Assembly (NCBI GenBank): GCA_029856155.1
Contig: JAHQWL010000023.1
Coordinates: 155,757-219,756 of the forward strand
DNA length: 64,000 nt
Reading direction: 5' to 3'
Origin: Promethearchaeia archaeon
GTDB taxonomy: Archaea > Asgardarchaeota > Lokiarchaeia > Sigyniarchaeales > SOKP01
Part shown: piece by piece, positions 16,668 to 27,708 of the stretch
How the letters are laid out: each line of letters opens with the position of its first letter
Numbering within the stretch: position 1 is the stretch's first letter
Position numbers and translations under genes: made by a program
The notes under the pieces: model-generated
Told to the model about the DNA's origin: nothing
Databases searched by the model: none
Seen by the model: the letters and a program-made list of their open reading frames with translations, nothing else

Positions 16668-19076
16668 GTGGATTTTCAAGATCAATTCGACGGTTGGCTT
16701 TTAGATGTTTCTACTTATAGTGGTGGAGTAATTCTATGGGTGAAAACAGTAAAAGAGCAAAAGATTGTAAATATATTCCATGATTTCCACCCCGAGTTTT
16801 TTGCCGTGCCAAAGCGACATGTTGGCAAAGATTTCAAGAGATTAAAACAGATCCTTAAATCCCATCATAATGTAAAAGGTGTGAGAATCTGTGAAAAATA
16901 TGTGAAGCTAGAGGATCATGAAAAAACAAAAATATTAGGAGTTTCTGTAGTAAAACCATCAATTTTTAAGAAGACAATAAAAGAAATCGATAAAATTGGT
17001 CTTTTTACATTGTACAACACCGATCTTCCGATATCTCAGATGTATTTCTATACGAATGACTTATTTCCCATGTCTCTTTGCAGTTTCAGGGTCAAATGTG
17101 AAAATAAGAGAAGAACTGGAGCACCCGCTATGCGTTTGAGATCATTAGAATTAAATGATAATAATGAAGAACTGTTTTACGACTTACCTCCTCTAAAAGC
17201 TGTGTGGTTGGATATAAAAGTACAGCAGCATGGGATGAGGTCATATTACAATGATCCATTGCTATATGCAGAAGTCAGTATTGTTGAAAAAGATAAGAAA
17301 GCCAACATTCCAAGGGCAGATGGACAGAGAAAAAGAAAGATTCTAATCGATAAAGCTGATGAAGCTGAAACCATTAAGACCATCAGTAAGGTGATTGAGC
17401 GATTGGATCCTGACATTATATTAACACATGGAGGAGATGAATTTGTATTTCCTTACTTAGCAGCTCGAGCATCAGTGAATCAAATATCAAAAGAACTATA
17501 TTTTTCTCGAACACGAACACCACTTAGAAATTGTATCTTTAATCTTTCAGGAAACTCAGATCACTATATGTCTTATGGGATAATAATGCGACGCTCTAAA
17601 ACGCAAGTCTACTTTACGGGGCGTTTTCATTTAGACACTACAACTTATGGTAGTTTACATTTTAGTGAGGGTAATATACCAGGAGTTATTGAAGTTGCAA
17701 GAGTGTCTCGAGTTCCGATGCAAAGGTTATGTAGAGTAACAATTGGGGGTGCTCTTCAATCAATACAATACTATAATGCATATAAACTAGATCACCTTAT
17801 CCCACCTTTCAAAAAGAGCCCAGAAGGTTTTCGAAGTGGTATGGAGTTGATTACAAATGATCGAGGGGGTCACATTTTTGAACCCTTAATTGGAGTCTAT
17901 GATCAAGTGGTAGAATTAGATTTTTCAAGCATGTACCCCTCTCTAATGGCAAACTTTAATATTTCATCGGAGACGATTAATTGTAAGTGTTGTAAGGATG
18001 ATGGAACAGGAATTAAAGTACCTGGCACAAATTTCCATATATGCACAAAAAGGGAGGGAATTATCTCAAAATCAATTAGCCTGCCGTTGAGAAAACGTTT
18101 AGAGTGCAAAGAATATAACAAGACACATGATGATCTACGGTACAAATTCACGGATATTGCTTTAAAATGGGTACTCGTAGTAAGTTTTGGCTATTTAGGA
18201 TTTAAAAATGCTCGCTTTGGCAAAATTGAGGCTCATCAAACAGTCTGTGCTTTTGCGCGTGAGTTTTTATTGAGATCTGCTGAGATTGCTAAAAAATATG
18301 GTTGCAAAGTCGTTCATGGGATTGTTGACTCAATGTGGCTTCAAGACACAAAAGGAAGAACTCCAGAAGAATTTGAGAATGTCACTATAGAAATCGCAAA
18401 TTTGATCTCTGAGCAGACTCGAATTCCAATGAATTGGGAAGGGAGATATAATGTGATTGTGTTCCTTCCATCTCGTGCTGAGCCTGACGTACCAGCGCTT
18501 AGTCACTATTGGGGTATAAAGAGTAATGGAGAATTGAAAGTAAGAGGTATTGAAGTAAGGCGTAGAGATATGCCAAAAATTGTGAAGGATGCGCAATATG
18601 CATTCATTGATATATTTCAAGGTGCAGAGACCGTTGAAGAGTTTTTAGAAAGAATTCCAAAAGCAAAGAAAACACTCTATGATTATGTAGAAAGACTATA
18701 CTCTGGTAAAGTATCCCGTGATGAGCTTACAATTCGTCAAAAAATATCTCGTAAACCTTCCCAATATAAGGTAAATTCATATCAAGCAGTTGCGGCTAAG
18801 CAGTTAGAACGATCAGGCGTCATTGCGTCAGCTGGAAAGAATGTAAGATATATTATCCTTAACGCTGATGCTGATCCAAATTTTCCTGAAAAAAAGGTCA
18901 TACTTTCAGATTTATATGATGAGAAAAAGCATGGATACGATAGAAAGAAATATGTTGAATTACTGAAAAGAGCTTTTGAAAACATTTTTCCTTTTGAATT
19001 CCCAGAACTTGAGGAATTAATATCATCAGATTATAATAAGAAGTCTGTTCAAAAAGATCTTTCTTGCTTTATTTAA
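16668..19076 (+). CDS. polB2: Family B DNA polymerase, PolB2 (Dpo2) subfamily, proofreading-deficient
   Basis: Motif A LDFSSMYPS, INCKCC, motif B KWVLVVSFGYLG, motif C HGIVDS (instead of YGDTDS), KVRGIE.RRRD. Exonuclease motifs are degenerate (WLDIKV, GGDEFVF). Confidence 0.93.
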   Translation: MDFQDQFDGWLLDVSTYSGGVILWVKTVKEQKIVNIFHDFHPEFFAVPKRHVGKDFKRLKQILKSHHNVKGVRICEKYVKLEDHEKTKILGVSVVKPSIFKKTIKEIDKIGLFTLYNTDLPISQMYFYTNDLFPMSLCSFRVKCENKRRTGAPAMRLRSLELNDNNEELFYDLPPLKAVWLDIKVQQHGMRSYYNDPLLYAEVSIVEKDKKANIPRADGQRKRKILIDKADEAETIKTISKVIERLDPDIILTHGGDEFVFPYLAARASVNQISKELYFSRTRTPLRNCIFNLSGNSDHYMSYGIIMRRSKTQVYFTGRFHLDTTTYGSLHFSEGNIPGVIEVARVSRVPMQRLCRVTIGGALQSIQYYNAYKLDHLIPPFKKSPEGFRSGMELITNDRGGHIFEPLIGVYDQVVELDFSSMYPSLMANFNISSETINCKCCKDDGTGIKVPGTNFHICTKREGIISKSISLPLRKRLECKEYNKTHDDLRYKFTDIALKWVLVVSFGYLGFKNARFGKIEAHQTVCAFAREFLLRSAEIAKKYGCKVVHGIVDSMWLQDTKGRTPEEFENVTIEIANLISEQTRIPMNWEGRYNVIVFLPSRAEPDVPALSHYWGIKSNGELKVRGIEVRRRDMPKIVKDAQYAFIDIFQGAETVEEFLERIPKAKKTLYDYVERLYSGKVSRDELTIRQKISRKPSQYKVNSYQAVAAKQLERSGVIASAGKNVRYIILNADADPNFPEKKVILSDLYDEKKHGYDRKKYVELLKRAFENIFPFEFPELEELISSDYNKKSVQKDLSCFI

Positions 19077-19095
19077 TTTAAATAAAAAAAAAAGA

Positions 19096-19635
19096 TTATG
19101 GGATTAGAAGTATCTGAAAAAAATCTAGAATTATTGCTACTAAACAGAATAATTCTAATAATATCCAGAGATTTCGTTTTAAACTTCTTAATGCGCTTAG
19201 TGGTTTACCAAAGTAGTTTATTAAGTTATATATGAAGATAATTACCCAAGTAGTGCCCAGAAAAATAATTGGAAGTAATAATGCAGTCAATTCATGACCA
19301 ACATAGTTTAATAAGTATTCATAACCTAGTATTGTAAATCCCATTATTATAAGAGTAAAACCAAGCCCGAATGAGTATTCTGCAAAAGTTACAAATCGGT
19401 TAATGCGTTCTTCTGAAACTTCTTCTAGATTGGCTTCGAATGCAGCCTTAGAATTAGCAGATACAGAATTAACAAAGAAAATAAATGATACCATCAGTAA
19501 AAATGTTGCTGTAACTATTCCACTAGGAGGCGCAACTTGCCAAATTAAAGCAAGAATCGTTAGAACTGCACCAATCATGACAGTACTTAATGTAATCCAA
19601 TCCTTAACATTAATTTTCTGTTCTTGATTACTCAT
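19096..19635 (-). CDS. Hypothetical membrane protein (about 5 TM)
   Basis: Five hydrophobic segments; no recognised motif. Confidence 0.75.
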   Translation of the reverse strand: MSNQEQKINVKDWITLSTVMIGAVLTILALIWQVAPPSGIVTATFLLMVSFIFFVNSVSANSKAAFEANLEEVSEERINRFVTFAEYSFGLGFTLIIMGFTILGYEYLLNYVGHELTALLLPIIFLGTTWVIIFIYNLINYFGKPLSALRSLKRNLWILLELFCLVAIILDFFQILLIP

Positions 19636-20008
19636 TTTCTTATAAGTGTAATTTTTATGTGATTAAAATAACTAAAATCACAGTATTTCAAAATTTTAAT
19701 ATTAATTAATGAAAAATGAAATCATAATAAGAATAAAAAAGTAATTAGAAAGGTTGCCTTATGATTGTCTTCATATTTTCTGGTTTCGTTCTTCGAGGAT
19801 CACTGAGATAAATCTCATGATGTTTTTTATCATGACCATCAAAAGATCACTCTTAAATATCTTTATTAAATTAATTTTTTTGTGCTTTTGTCACGTATTA
19901 TAGAATATAAAACTTAAATCTAAATAGACAAATTTGTATTATTTTGATGGATATTAGAAAACTGATACACTGTATTAATTTATTTTCATAAAATACAAGT
20001 ATAAAATT

Positions 20009-20167
20009 ATGTCAAAAGCACTTTCCTATTATGATTGGGAATTATCATTCAAGAATAAAAATGAACCTAAAAAGAATTTGAAAAATGATAATTTCAATGC
20101 TATTGGTATATCTGAAATTAGTTTTAAAGATTTTATGAATAAATGGAAAAAAGAGAATCTTTCATAA
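20009..20167 (+). CDS. Putative 52-aa small protein
   Basis: Open frame MSKALSYYDWELSFKNKNEPKKNLKNDNFNAIGISEISFKDFMNKWKKENLS in an otherwise empty intergenic gap. Confidence 0.45.
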   Translation: MSKALSYYDWELSFKNKNEPKKNLKNDNFNAIGISEISFKDFMNKWKKENLS

Positions 20168-20245
20168 ATTTCAAGCTTGTTTTTTAGAGATTTTAATTAT
20201 CGATTTATTAATTGAAAATGATATTTTACTATATTTTAATTAACC

Positions 20246-22837
20246 CTATTCAATTATATCGTATCGGTTAAAAAGTTTAACGATTAGCTTAACAAACCAA
20301 AAATATTTCTTTGAAATTTTACTAATTAATGTATTTAAAAATGGCATACCATCATCAGCTTTAGATGGGAGATTCCTCTCAAAATCAGGCCAACTTAGCC
20401 CACCAGTTGCCTTAGGAGGTTTACCAAAACTTTTTACATTTTTCCAGTCATTTCCATTAGGTGTTGACCCTAACCATGTTTTATCTGTTTTAATAAAAAT
20501 TAATTCTTCTGATTTTAATTTTATAATTCCCAATACATTAATCGGTCCTATCCCTCCAATATAATCAAAATTTTCAATAATAATCAAATTCTCACCTTTT
20601 CTAATAAAATCTTTAATATTAAAAATCTGAATATTTTTTTCAATCCCAACAAAATTTAATGTTCTTCTTGTAATTACATGACCAATATATTCATTATTTA
20701 TATAAATTTTAGCGAAACTCCCCGCGATTACTTGTAAGTAAGCGTGATCGATTTCTTCGTCAATATAAATATCTTTTTTATAATAGGTTTTATGCGCTTC
20801 ATGGATCTTATTCGAATCTAGATAAATTAGTTCACTAGGGATGTTAGGATCTTCCCATTGACTATTAGTTCTAAGTTCATTTAATTTGTCATCATAAAAC
20901 TTTAATAACCATAAATATTTCTGCTTAATTGACTTAAATCCCTCTTTCCTAGAGCAATTTAGCCATAAAATTTCATACTCATTTAATAAATCTGTTAAAT
21001 ACTCCTTCAAATCTTCAATTTCTTTTATCAATCGATCTTTACGATTTTCATCTTTTTTAAAAATATATTCAATAGACGTTTTTGAATTAATCCTTTTTTT
21101 ACAATAAAATTTTAAATGCTTGGCAATAAAAGCAAGATTTCTAATATTTACATTATTTTTAGGGATGATTTTTTCCAGATTTTCGCATTTTTCAATTATA
21201 GCTTCCAAATCAGAAATTAATTTTTCATAACCCTTAGTTTTTATACTTTTTTTGTATCTAGAAGTTTTTTTATTAAAAGGATGAGCGAAAAAATGATTGT
21301 AATACCCCGAAGGTCTTGTATGCAATAAATTTTTATCTTGTATTAATCTAAATTTGCTAAATATTTCTACTAATCGGTGATCATCTATTCCAAAAAAATG
21401 AATAAATAATCCTTTCCAAAATTTAAATTTATTAATTTCTTTAAGAGGGTTCCAACCTACCATAGCAGAGAAAATAAAACCATAAATTCTATTCTCTCGA
21501 ATTTCTTTGTTTCTATAATCACCCCAACTTGATGTAATTTCTCCAATTGCTCCTTTCTCATAACCATATTTAAGTAAATACGAAATATTTTGTTCATATT
21601 TATCAATTGATGGAAAAATTCGATTAAAATCCATTATTGAAGGACTAACGATTATTGGAAAATCAAATTTTTTAACTTTATCCAAAATAGGATGCGTTTT
21701 CTTTACATTATACTTCCAGTATAATATAATCATATCTTTAGGTAAATTTTCGAGAACCTCCTTAAATTTATAAAGAACATCATGATAGATAATAACTTTT
21801 TGATATCCATGCTTTTTTACAATTTCATATACTTTTTTATAATGCTTTAGGTAAGCATTTCCAAGACCGACCTCATCAATATACGACTTTGAATTTACTT
21901 TACCAACATCTTCACTTTCATCGGCTCCTATATGAAAATAATCAGAAGTAAAAACTTCACTCAATTCACCAATCATTTTATCTAACATTTCATAAATTTC
22001 TTCATTTGCAATATTTAAGCTATTTGAACCTTGAAATTCTCCATACTTCCAATAATTAGGATTTTGCAAAGTATTATCCCAGTGTCCTATAGTTTGGAAA
22101 ACAGGAATTACTTCAATAAACCATTTTTTTGCAAAATCAATTAATTCTCTTATCTCTTCTTTAGAATATGCTCCTCTATCTTTCCCGATATCGGGATAGT
22201 TTTCAAACTTAAACATATCTAGCATATAAACCAAATAATATTGATTTATCTTATAATGACTTATGATTTTAATGAATTTCTTTAAATTTTCAATTTTAGG
22301 TGCTTGACCTCTTGAAATATCATCAGAAATACCACGAATTTGTAAAGAAGGAAAGTCTAATATTCCTAAATTAATTAATGAAAATTTATCTTGAGCTGAG
22401 TTTAATAATTGAATAAAAGTCTGCACTCCATAGAAAATCCCTTGTAATGAATTAGCTTCTATAATTACTTTAGAATCTCTAGAGATTAAGAGATATCCTT
22501 GATCTTTATAAATCTTATTCGTTTTAACTTTATTATAGAGTGATTCTGGAAAAACAGATATACTATTTTTTAGAAATGATTTTATTTCTAGATATTTCTC
22601 ATGATCTTGGACTTCAACAACATCTATATTCTTCTTTAAACCAGAAGATCTTAACGAACTGTGTATCTGTTCAATAAAATAATTACTTTTTTCTGTTAAA
22701 TCTGTATAAAATTTTGAAAATTCATTAATTTTCATTCTTTGAGAATTAATTATTTTAAGGTATTGAGGGGAAGGAATTAACAATAATTCTTCCTGCGTTC
22801 CTTGAGTTTGAATTAAATTATCTAAATAAAGAAACAT
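20246..22837 (-). CDS. Glycoside hydrolase family 20 (beta-N-acetylhexosaminidase) with C-terminal beta-sandwich domain
   Basis: [41 protein letters not shown] and catalytic FHIGADE. Confidence 0.9.
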   Translation of the reverse strand: MFLYLDNLIQTQGTQEELLLIPSPQYLKIINSQRMKINEFSKFYTDLTEKSNYFIEQIHSSLRSSGLKKNIDVVEVQDHEKYLEIKSFLKNSISVFPESLYNKVKTNKIYKDQGYLLISRDSKVIIEANSLQGIFYGVQTFIQLLNSAQDKFSLINLGILDFPSLQIRGISDDISRGQAPKIENLKKFIKIISHYKINQYYLVYMLDMFKFENYPDIGKDRGAYSKEEIRELIDFAKKWFIEVIPVFQTIGHWDNTLQNPNYWKYGEFQGSNSLNIANEEIYEMLDKMIGELSEVFTSDYFHIGADESEDVGKVNSKSYIDEVGLGNAYLKHYKKVYEIVKKHGYQKVIIYHDVLYKFKEVLENLPKDMIILYWKYNVKKTHPILDKVKKFDFPIIVSPSIMDFNRIFPSIDKYEQNISYLLKYGYEKGAIGEITSSWGDYRNKEIRENRIYGFIFSAMVGWNPLKEINKFKFWKGLFIHFFGIDDHRLVEIFSKFRLIQDKNLLHTRPSGYYNHFFAHPFNKKTSRYKKSIKTKGYEKLISDLEAIIEKCENLEKIIPKNNVNIRNLAFIAKHLKFYCKKRINSKTSIEYIFKKDENRKDRLIKEIEDLKEYLTDLLNEYEILWLNCSRKEGFKSIKQKYLWLLKFYDDKLNELRTNSQWEDPNIPSELIYLDSNKIHEAHKTYYKKDIYIDEEIDHAYLQVIAGSFAKIYINNEYIGHVITRRTLNFVGIEKNIQIFNIKDFIRKGENLIIIENFDYIGGIGPINVLGIIKLKSEELIFIKTDKTWLGSTPNGNDWKNVKSFGKPPKATGGLSWPDFERNLPSKADDGMPFLNTLISKISKKYFWFVKLIVKLFNRYDIIE

Positions 22838-22903
22838 AATACTAATTAAATAGGATAAAAAAAAAACTTAGCGAAAAATTGAAAATTTAGATGAAATTTG
22901 AAT

Positions 22904-24589
22904 TTATACTTCTTCTCCTCTTCTTTTAGCTTCGATCTCTTTTAAATCTTTTCTTTGCACTTTACCTACTAAAGTTTCTGGAAGTTCTTTTCTGAATTCT
23001 ATGAATTTTGGAACTTTATAGGGTGCTACAGTTTGTCGTAGGAACTCTTTTATTTCATTCTTTATTTCATCCGTCTCTTGATATCCATCTTTTAATACAA
23101 TATATGCCTTAACTTTTTCACTACCAGGAAGATTAGGATCAGGGACTCCTATTATAGCAGCTTTTTCAATCGGTTCATATTCAAATAAAACATCTTCTAT
23201 TTCTCTTGGATACACTTTAAATCCACTTACATCAATCATATCTTTCTTTCTATCGACAATATAGAAATATCCATCTTCATCCATTTTTCCAATATCTCCA
23301 GTCAATAACCAACCATCTTTTAATTGATTTTCTGTTTCTTCTGGCTTATTCCAATATCCTTTCATAATCTGAGGTCCTTTCATAAATATCTCTCCAGCTT
23401 CTCCGGGAGGTAAAATCTTCCTATAATCATCAATGTCCACGATTCTAACTTCTGTATCAGGAATAGGCATGCCAACAGAACCTACTTTTCTAATACCTGA
23501 AAATGGATTGCTATGTGTTACTGGTGAGGTTTCTGTTAATCCATATCCTTCAAGTATTATACCACCTGTTCTCTTTTCAAATTCTTTCTGAACTTCAGGT
23601 GGCATTGGAGCTGCTCCTGTATTACAGACTCTAATAGATTTCAAATCTTTAGCGTAATCTTCGAGATCGTCTCTTTCTAATAGACGCATATAAATTGTTG
23701 GTACTCCTGGAAACATTGTAGGATGTGTAGCTTTTATTATTTCGAATAAAGATTTCTGATCTCGAGGATCGGGATTTAAAGCTATTGTTGATGCCATATA
23801 AATGTGTAAGTTCATACATACTGTTTGACCATAAATATGAAATAAGGGTAAATTCGTTAGGATGATTTCTTTTCCTCTTCTAAATTCATCACCCGCCCAT
23901 TTTGTCACCGCCACACAATTTGATACAATATTATGGTGAGTAAGCATCGCCCCTTTAGGTAACCCTGTCGTACCTCCCGTATATTGAAGGCATACTAAAT
24001 CTTCCTTTACGTTAGTTTCAAATTTAGGCGGATTTGGCTTTGTTTTATTGATCAAATTAATAAATTGTATAGTCCCTGAGATTTCAGCAGGATTTCTTGG
24101 AGCCATTGGGGAATAGTCTAATACATTGGATATAATCACATGTCTGAGACGAGTTCTATCTTTAATTTTATTAATTTTTTCAATTTGATTATCCCAAGCA
24201 ATAATTATTTCAGCTCCACAGTCATTTAATTGATAAGCAAGCTCATGTTCTGTGTGTAACACTGAACAAGCAGTAACAATTCCACCTGCTTTCAAAATTC
24301 CATAATAGCTTATAATAAACTGAGGAAAATTAGGGAACATTATTGCAACAACATCCCCTTTTTTAAGACCTAAATTAATCAAAGCTGTTGCTAGCCTATC
24401 TGCCATATCATTTAGATTTTTATAAGATATCTTATTTTTCATAAACCAAATCGCAGTTCGACCACCGAAATCTTTCGCAGCATTGTCAAGAAATTCATAA
24501 ACATTCATTTCAGGATAATCAATACTGCTAGGAACTCCTTCATCGTAATTTTTAATCCAAATCTTCTCTGCATACGGATCTTCAATCAT
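22904..24589 (-). CDS. fadD: Long-chain-fatty-acid--CoA ligase (FadD-like)
   Basis: QYTGGTTGLPKGAMLTH, EGYGLTETSP, GWLLTGDIG, LPETLVGK. Confidence 0.93.
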   Translation of the reverse strand: MIEDPYAEKIWIKNYDEGVPSSIDYPEMNVYEFLDNAAKDFGGRTAIWFMKNKISYKNLNDMADRLATALINLGLKKGDVVAIMFPNFPQFIISYYGILKAGGIVTACSVLHTEHELAYQLNDCGAEIIIAWDNQIEKINKIKDRTRLRHVIISNVLDYSPMAPRNPAEISGTIQFINLINKTKPNPPKFETNVKEDLVCLQYTGGTTGLPKGAMLTHHNIVSNCVAVTKWAGDEFRRGKEIILTNLPLFHIYGQTVCMNLHIYMASTIALNPDPRDQKSLFEIIKATHPTMFPGVPTIYMRLLERDDLEDYAKDLKSIRVCNTGAAPMPPEVQKEFEKRTGGIILEGYGLTETSPVTHSNPFSGIRKVGSVGMPIPDTEVRIVDIDDYRKILPPGEAGEIFMKGPQIMKGYWNKPEETENQLKDGWLLTGDIGKMDEDGYFYIVDRKKDMIDVSGFKVYPREIEDVLFEYEPIEKAAIIGVPDPNLPGSEKVKAYIVLKDGYQETDEIKNEIKEFLRQTVAPYKVPKFIEFRKELPETLVGKVQRKDLKEIEAKRRGEEV

Positions 24590-24794
24590 TCATTTCTTAC
24601 CTTTTTTTTATGTTTTTATTAATTATTTTTAAAAAAATATAGATTTTTTAATAATATTTTTGTTCTTCTTATCTCCAAATTTTAATTTTCAATAGTTTAT
24701 AATAATTAAAATCCTATCATTTTTTTCAAATACTCTTTTCTTATAAACCAGATCTCATTAAACTTCAAATAGAATATTGATATCTACTTATTGG

Positions 24795-26219
24795 TTACTC
24801 TTCTTCCAAGTTATCTATTGCTAATATAGCAGATTCGCAAACATAATCGCATTTATCATGAATTAAAATATTTAAATTCGAAATAATTTCTTCTGTATTT
24901 ACTCCAATAATTCCTAAAGCTTCAGAAGATCTCCATCTAACATCTTGGTTCCCATCTTTCAGAGCTGTTAGTAATGAAGGAATTGCATTTTTAGCGGATG
25001 ATCCTAATTTTCCTATAGAAAGTGCGGCTTCACGTCGTACAATACTTCTGGGATCATTTAAAGCAAGTTCAAGAGTATGAAGAGCATCTTCTGATTCCCT
25101 TCCAATATTTCCTAATGCTCTTGCTGCTTCTACTCTAATCGAAGTTTTCTTTTTTAGTGGATCTTTTAAAAAATTCAAGATTGCTCTTTTCATCTTATTT
25201 ATAAAAGAAGGAATAAATTCTACTTCCTGTTCGGGTATCTTTAAAAAATTAATAATAGTTGGAATAGCTTCTTCAGCTTCAGTACCAATTCCTCCCAAAG
25301 CAGAAAGAACAATAATTTTCATTTTTGTATTCAACTTTTCAAATGCTGATATTAAATTTGGAACAGCGGGTTTACCAATATTTCTAAGTGCATCGGCTGC
25401 TTTTCCCCTAACATTTTCAACTTTATCCTGTAATAACTCTGAGATGCTACCAATTATTTTTGGATCAGAAATCCTAAATTCTCCTAAAGCATCAACTGTT
25501 TCTTTTCTTACAATCTTATTTTTGCTTTTTAAGACTTCTAATAGACTTGGAATTGCTGATTCTCCAATTTCAGCAAAAGTATTTATAACTCTATAACGTA
25601 CTCTCCAATCTTGGTCTTCAAGAGCCTTTATTAAACTAGGAATTGCGTTTACAGATCCTTTTCCAATTAGACTAATTGATTGAGCCGAAGCAGTTCTTAC
25701 TGTCCAACTTATGTCTTTAAGAGCTTTCATTAAATGGGGAATAGCTTCATAAGCATTCGATCCAATTTCTCCTAACGCGATTACTACTTCAGTTCTAACA
25801 TCCTCATTCTCATCATCCAATGCTTTTATTAAAGAAGAAATTGATTCAGGAGTAGTATTTCCAACTTTACCAAGGGCAATTGCTGCTTCTTTTCTGATAG
25901 TTACCTCTTTATCTTCTAATAGCATCGATAATTTTTGTACTGCTTCTTTTGCAATATTACCAATTTTTCCTAATGATCGAGCAGCTTCTCGACATATGCT
26001 CCAATCTTCATCTTCTAAGCAATCAACTATTTTTGGAACTGCATTTATTGATTTTTGACCAATTTTTCCTAATACATGAATAGAATTAAATTTAATTGAT
26101 CTAATATTGCTGTCTAGATATTTAATTACTTCATCTATTACGGATTCATCTTTCTCGATTCTAGATAAAACAAGATCGATTCTAGCATCTCTTAATAATT
26201 TCTCTAAGGTTGCTGACAT
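24795..26219 (-). CDS. HEAT (PBS-lyase-like) repeat protein
   Basis: About 13 repeats of AIPxLxxALxDxDxxVRxxAAxALGxIG. Confidence 0.92.
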   Translation of the reverse strand: MSATLEKLLRDARIDLVLSRIEKDESVIDEVIKYLDSNIRSIKFNSIHVLGKIGQKSINAVPKIVDCLEDEDWSICREAARSLGKIGNIAKEAVQKLSMLLEDKEVTIRKEAAIALGKVGNTTPESISSLIKALDDENEDVRTEVVIALGEIGSNAYEAIPHLMKALKDISWTVRTASAQSISLIGKGSVNAIPSLIKALEDQDWRVRYRVINTFAEIGESAIPSLLEVLKSKNKIVRKETVDALGEFRISDPKIIGSISELLQDKVENVRGKAADALRNIGKPAVPNLISAFEKLNTKMKIIVLSALGGIGTEAEEAIPTIINFLKIPEQEVEFIPSFINKMKRAILNFLKDPLKKKTSIRVEAARALGNIGRESEDALHTLELALNDPRSIVRREAALSIGKLGSSAKNAIPSLLTALKDGNQDVRWRSSEALGIIGVNTEEIISNLNILIHDKCDYVCESAILAIDNLEEE

Positions 26220-26229
26220 TTATATCACC

Positions 26230-26934
26230 TTAAATTCCTAAATATACTTGTTTAATTCGAGGTTCTTTTTCTAACTCTTCCTTAGTCCCTCTCATTTCAA
26301 TTTTCCCCTCCTCAAGAACATGAATATATTCAGCGATATTCATCGCTAAAGCCGCATCTTGTTCAACTAATAAAGTAGTAGTGCCTTCTTGTTTTATTTT
26401 CTTAATTGCTTCAAATATAATTGTTTTTATTTTTGGAGCTAAACCTAATGAAGGTTCATCCATTAAAAGAAGTTGAGGATTAGCCATAAGTGAACGCGCA
26501 ATAGCAAGCATCTGTTGTTCACCACCACTTAAAGTTCCAGCTCGCTGATTTTTTCTTTCTCTAAGACGTGGAAAGATCTCAAAAACATTTTTCCTTAATT
26601 TTCGAAATTTACTACGATCTTTCAATACATAAGCCCCCATATCTAAATTTTCAGATACACTCATATCATAAAATAGTTTACGTCGTTCTGGGCAATGAGA
26701 GATCCCTTTTCTAGCAATCTTATGAGCTTTTAACCCATCAATTCTTTCACCACGGAATTCTATTTTTCCTCTATCAGGTTCTTCTAAACCAGATATTACT
26801 CTGAGGAGTGTAGACTTTCCAGCTCCATTGGGTCCAATAACTGCCTCAAGAGATTTCTCTTTTAAGCTCAAATTTATTTCTTCGAGAGCTCTTGCCTTTC
26901 CATAATAATGATATATTTTTTTTAAATCAAGCAT
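26230..26934 (-). CDS. livF: Branched-chain amino acid-type ABC transporter ATPase
   Basis: GPNGAGKST, AGTLSGGEQQMLAIAR, DEPSLGLAP, LLVEQ. Confidence 0.93.
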   Translation of the reverse strand: MLDLKKIYHYYGKARALEEINLSLKEKSLEAVIGPNGAGKSTLLRVISGLEEPDRGKIEFRGERIDGLKAHKIARKGISHCPERRKLFYDMSVSENLDMGAYVLKDRSKFRKLRKNVFEIFPRLRERKNQRAGTLSGGEQQMLAIARSLMANPQLLLMDEPSLGLAPKIKTIIFEAIKKIKQEGTTTLLVEQDAALAMNIAEYIHVLEEGKIEMRGTKEELEKEPRIKQVYLGI

Positions 26935-27667
26935 ATTCGTCACCTTTTCCTAAATAAGCTTCAAGTAAAATTTTATTATTAGCAATCTCTTTTGGAGGAC
27001 CATCAGCAATAAATTTACCTTGATGCATAGCAATTACTCGTGGTACTAATGTCATAAGTTCACGAAGTACATGACCAGTCATAAAAACAGTAACCCCATC
27101 ATCATGTAATTTTTTAATTAATTCAGTTAGTACTGCACTTTCTTCATGAGTAAGTCCGCTAAATGGTTCATCTAATAAAAGCAATTCTGGGTTAGTCCCA
27201 AGAGCTTTACCAATTTGTAATTTTCTTAAATCACCATGAGGTAAAATGATTGGCGGCATTCTAGCTTTATCAACAAGACCTACTGAAGCAAGAATTGAAC
27301 TTGCATATTCTTCAGCACCTACTTTTTTTGAAACTTCTTTTCCTCTTTTTGATAAGCAGGGCACTATTACATTATCAAGTAAGGTTAAGAATTTAAACGA
27401 TCTCACCAATTGAAAAGTTCGAGCAATTCCATAATTCACTATTTTATACGGTCTCATTCCTGTTATATCAATTCCATCGAATCTAATTTTTCCAGAACTA
27501 GGTTTCTCAAATCCACTAATTAAATTAAACACTGTCGTCTTACCAGCTCCGTTTGGACCAATTAGACCCACAAATTCTCCTCGTTTAACCTCAAAACTAA
27601 AATCATTTACAGCAGTTAATCCACCAAACTTTTTTGTAAGGTTTTTCACTTCTAAAATAACTCCCAT
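26927..27667 (-). CDS. livG: Branched-chain amino acid-type ABC transporter ATPase
   Basis: FGGLTAV, GPNGAGKTT, GIARTFQ, LLLDEP, EAYLG. Confidence 0.93.
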   Translation of the reverse strand: MGVILEVKNLTKKFGGLTAVNDFSFEVKRGEFVGLIGPNGAGKTTVFNLISGFEKPSSGKIRFDGIDITGMRPYKIVNYGIARTFQLVRSFKFLTLLDNVIVPCLSKRGKEVSKKVGAEEYASSILASVGLVDKARMPPIILPHGDLRKLQIGKALGTNPELLLLDEPFSGLTHEESAVLTELIKKLHDDGVTVFMTGHVLRELMTLVPRVIAMHQGKFIADGPPKEIANNKILLEAYLGKGDEYA

Positions 27668-27708
27668 TTTTTAACTCCTTAAAAGTAAAATTTTTTTTAT
27701 AATTTTTT

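Noticed and set aside
16668-19076. PolB as a casposon, viral or replicative polymerase
   Set aside because: Motifs are PolB2-type, and there is no cas1, integrase, capsid gene or terminal repeat nearby.
19745-19860. SECIS element or C/D-box sRNA
   Set aside because: No adjacent gene with an evident in-frame Sec TGA, and the C/D boxes are not canonically arranged.
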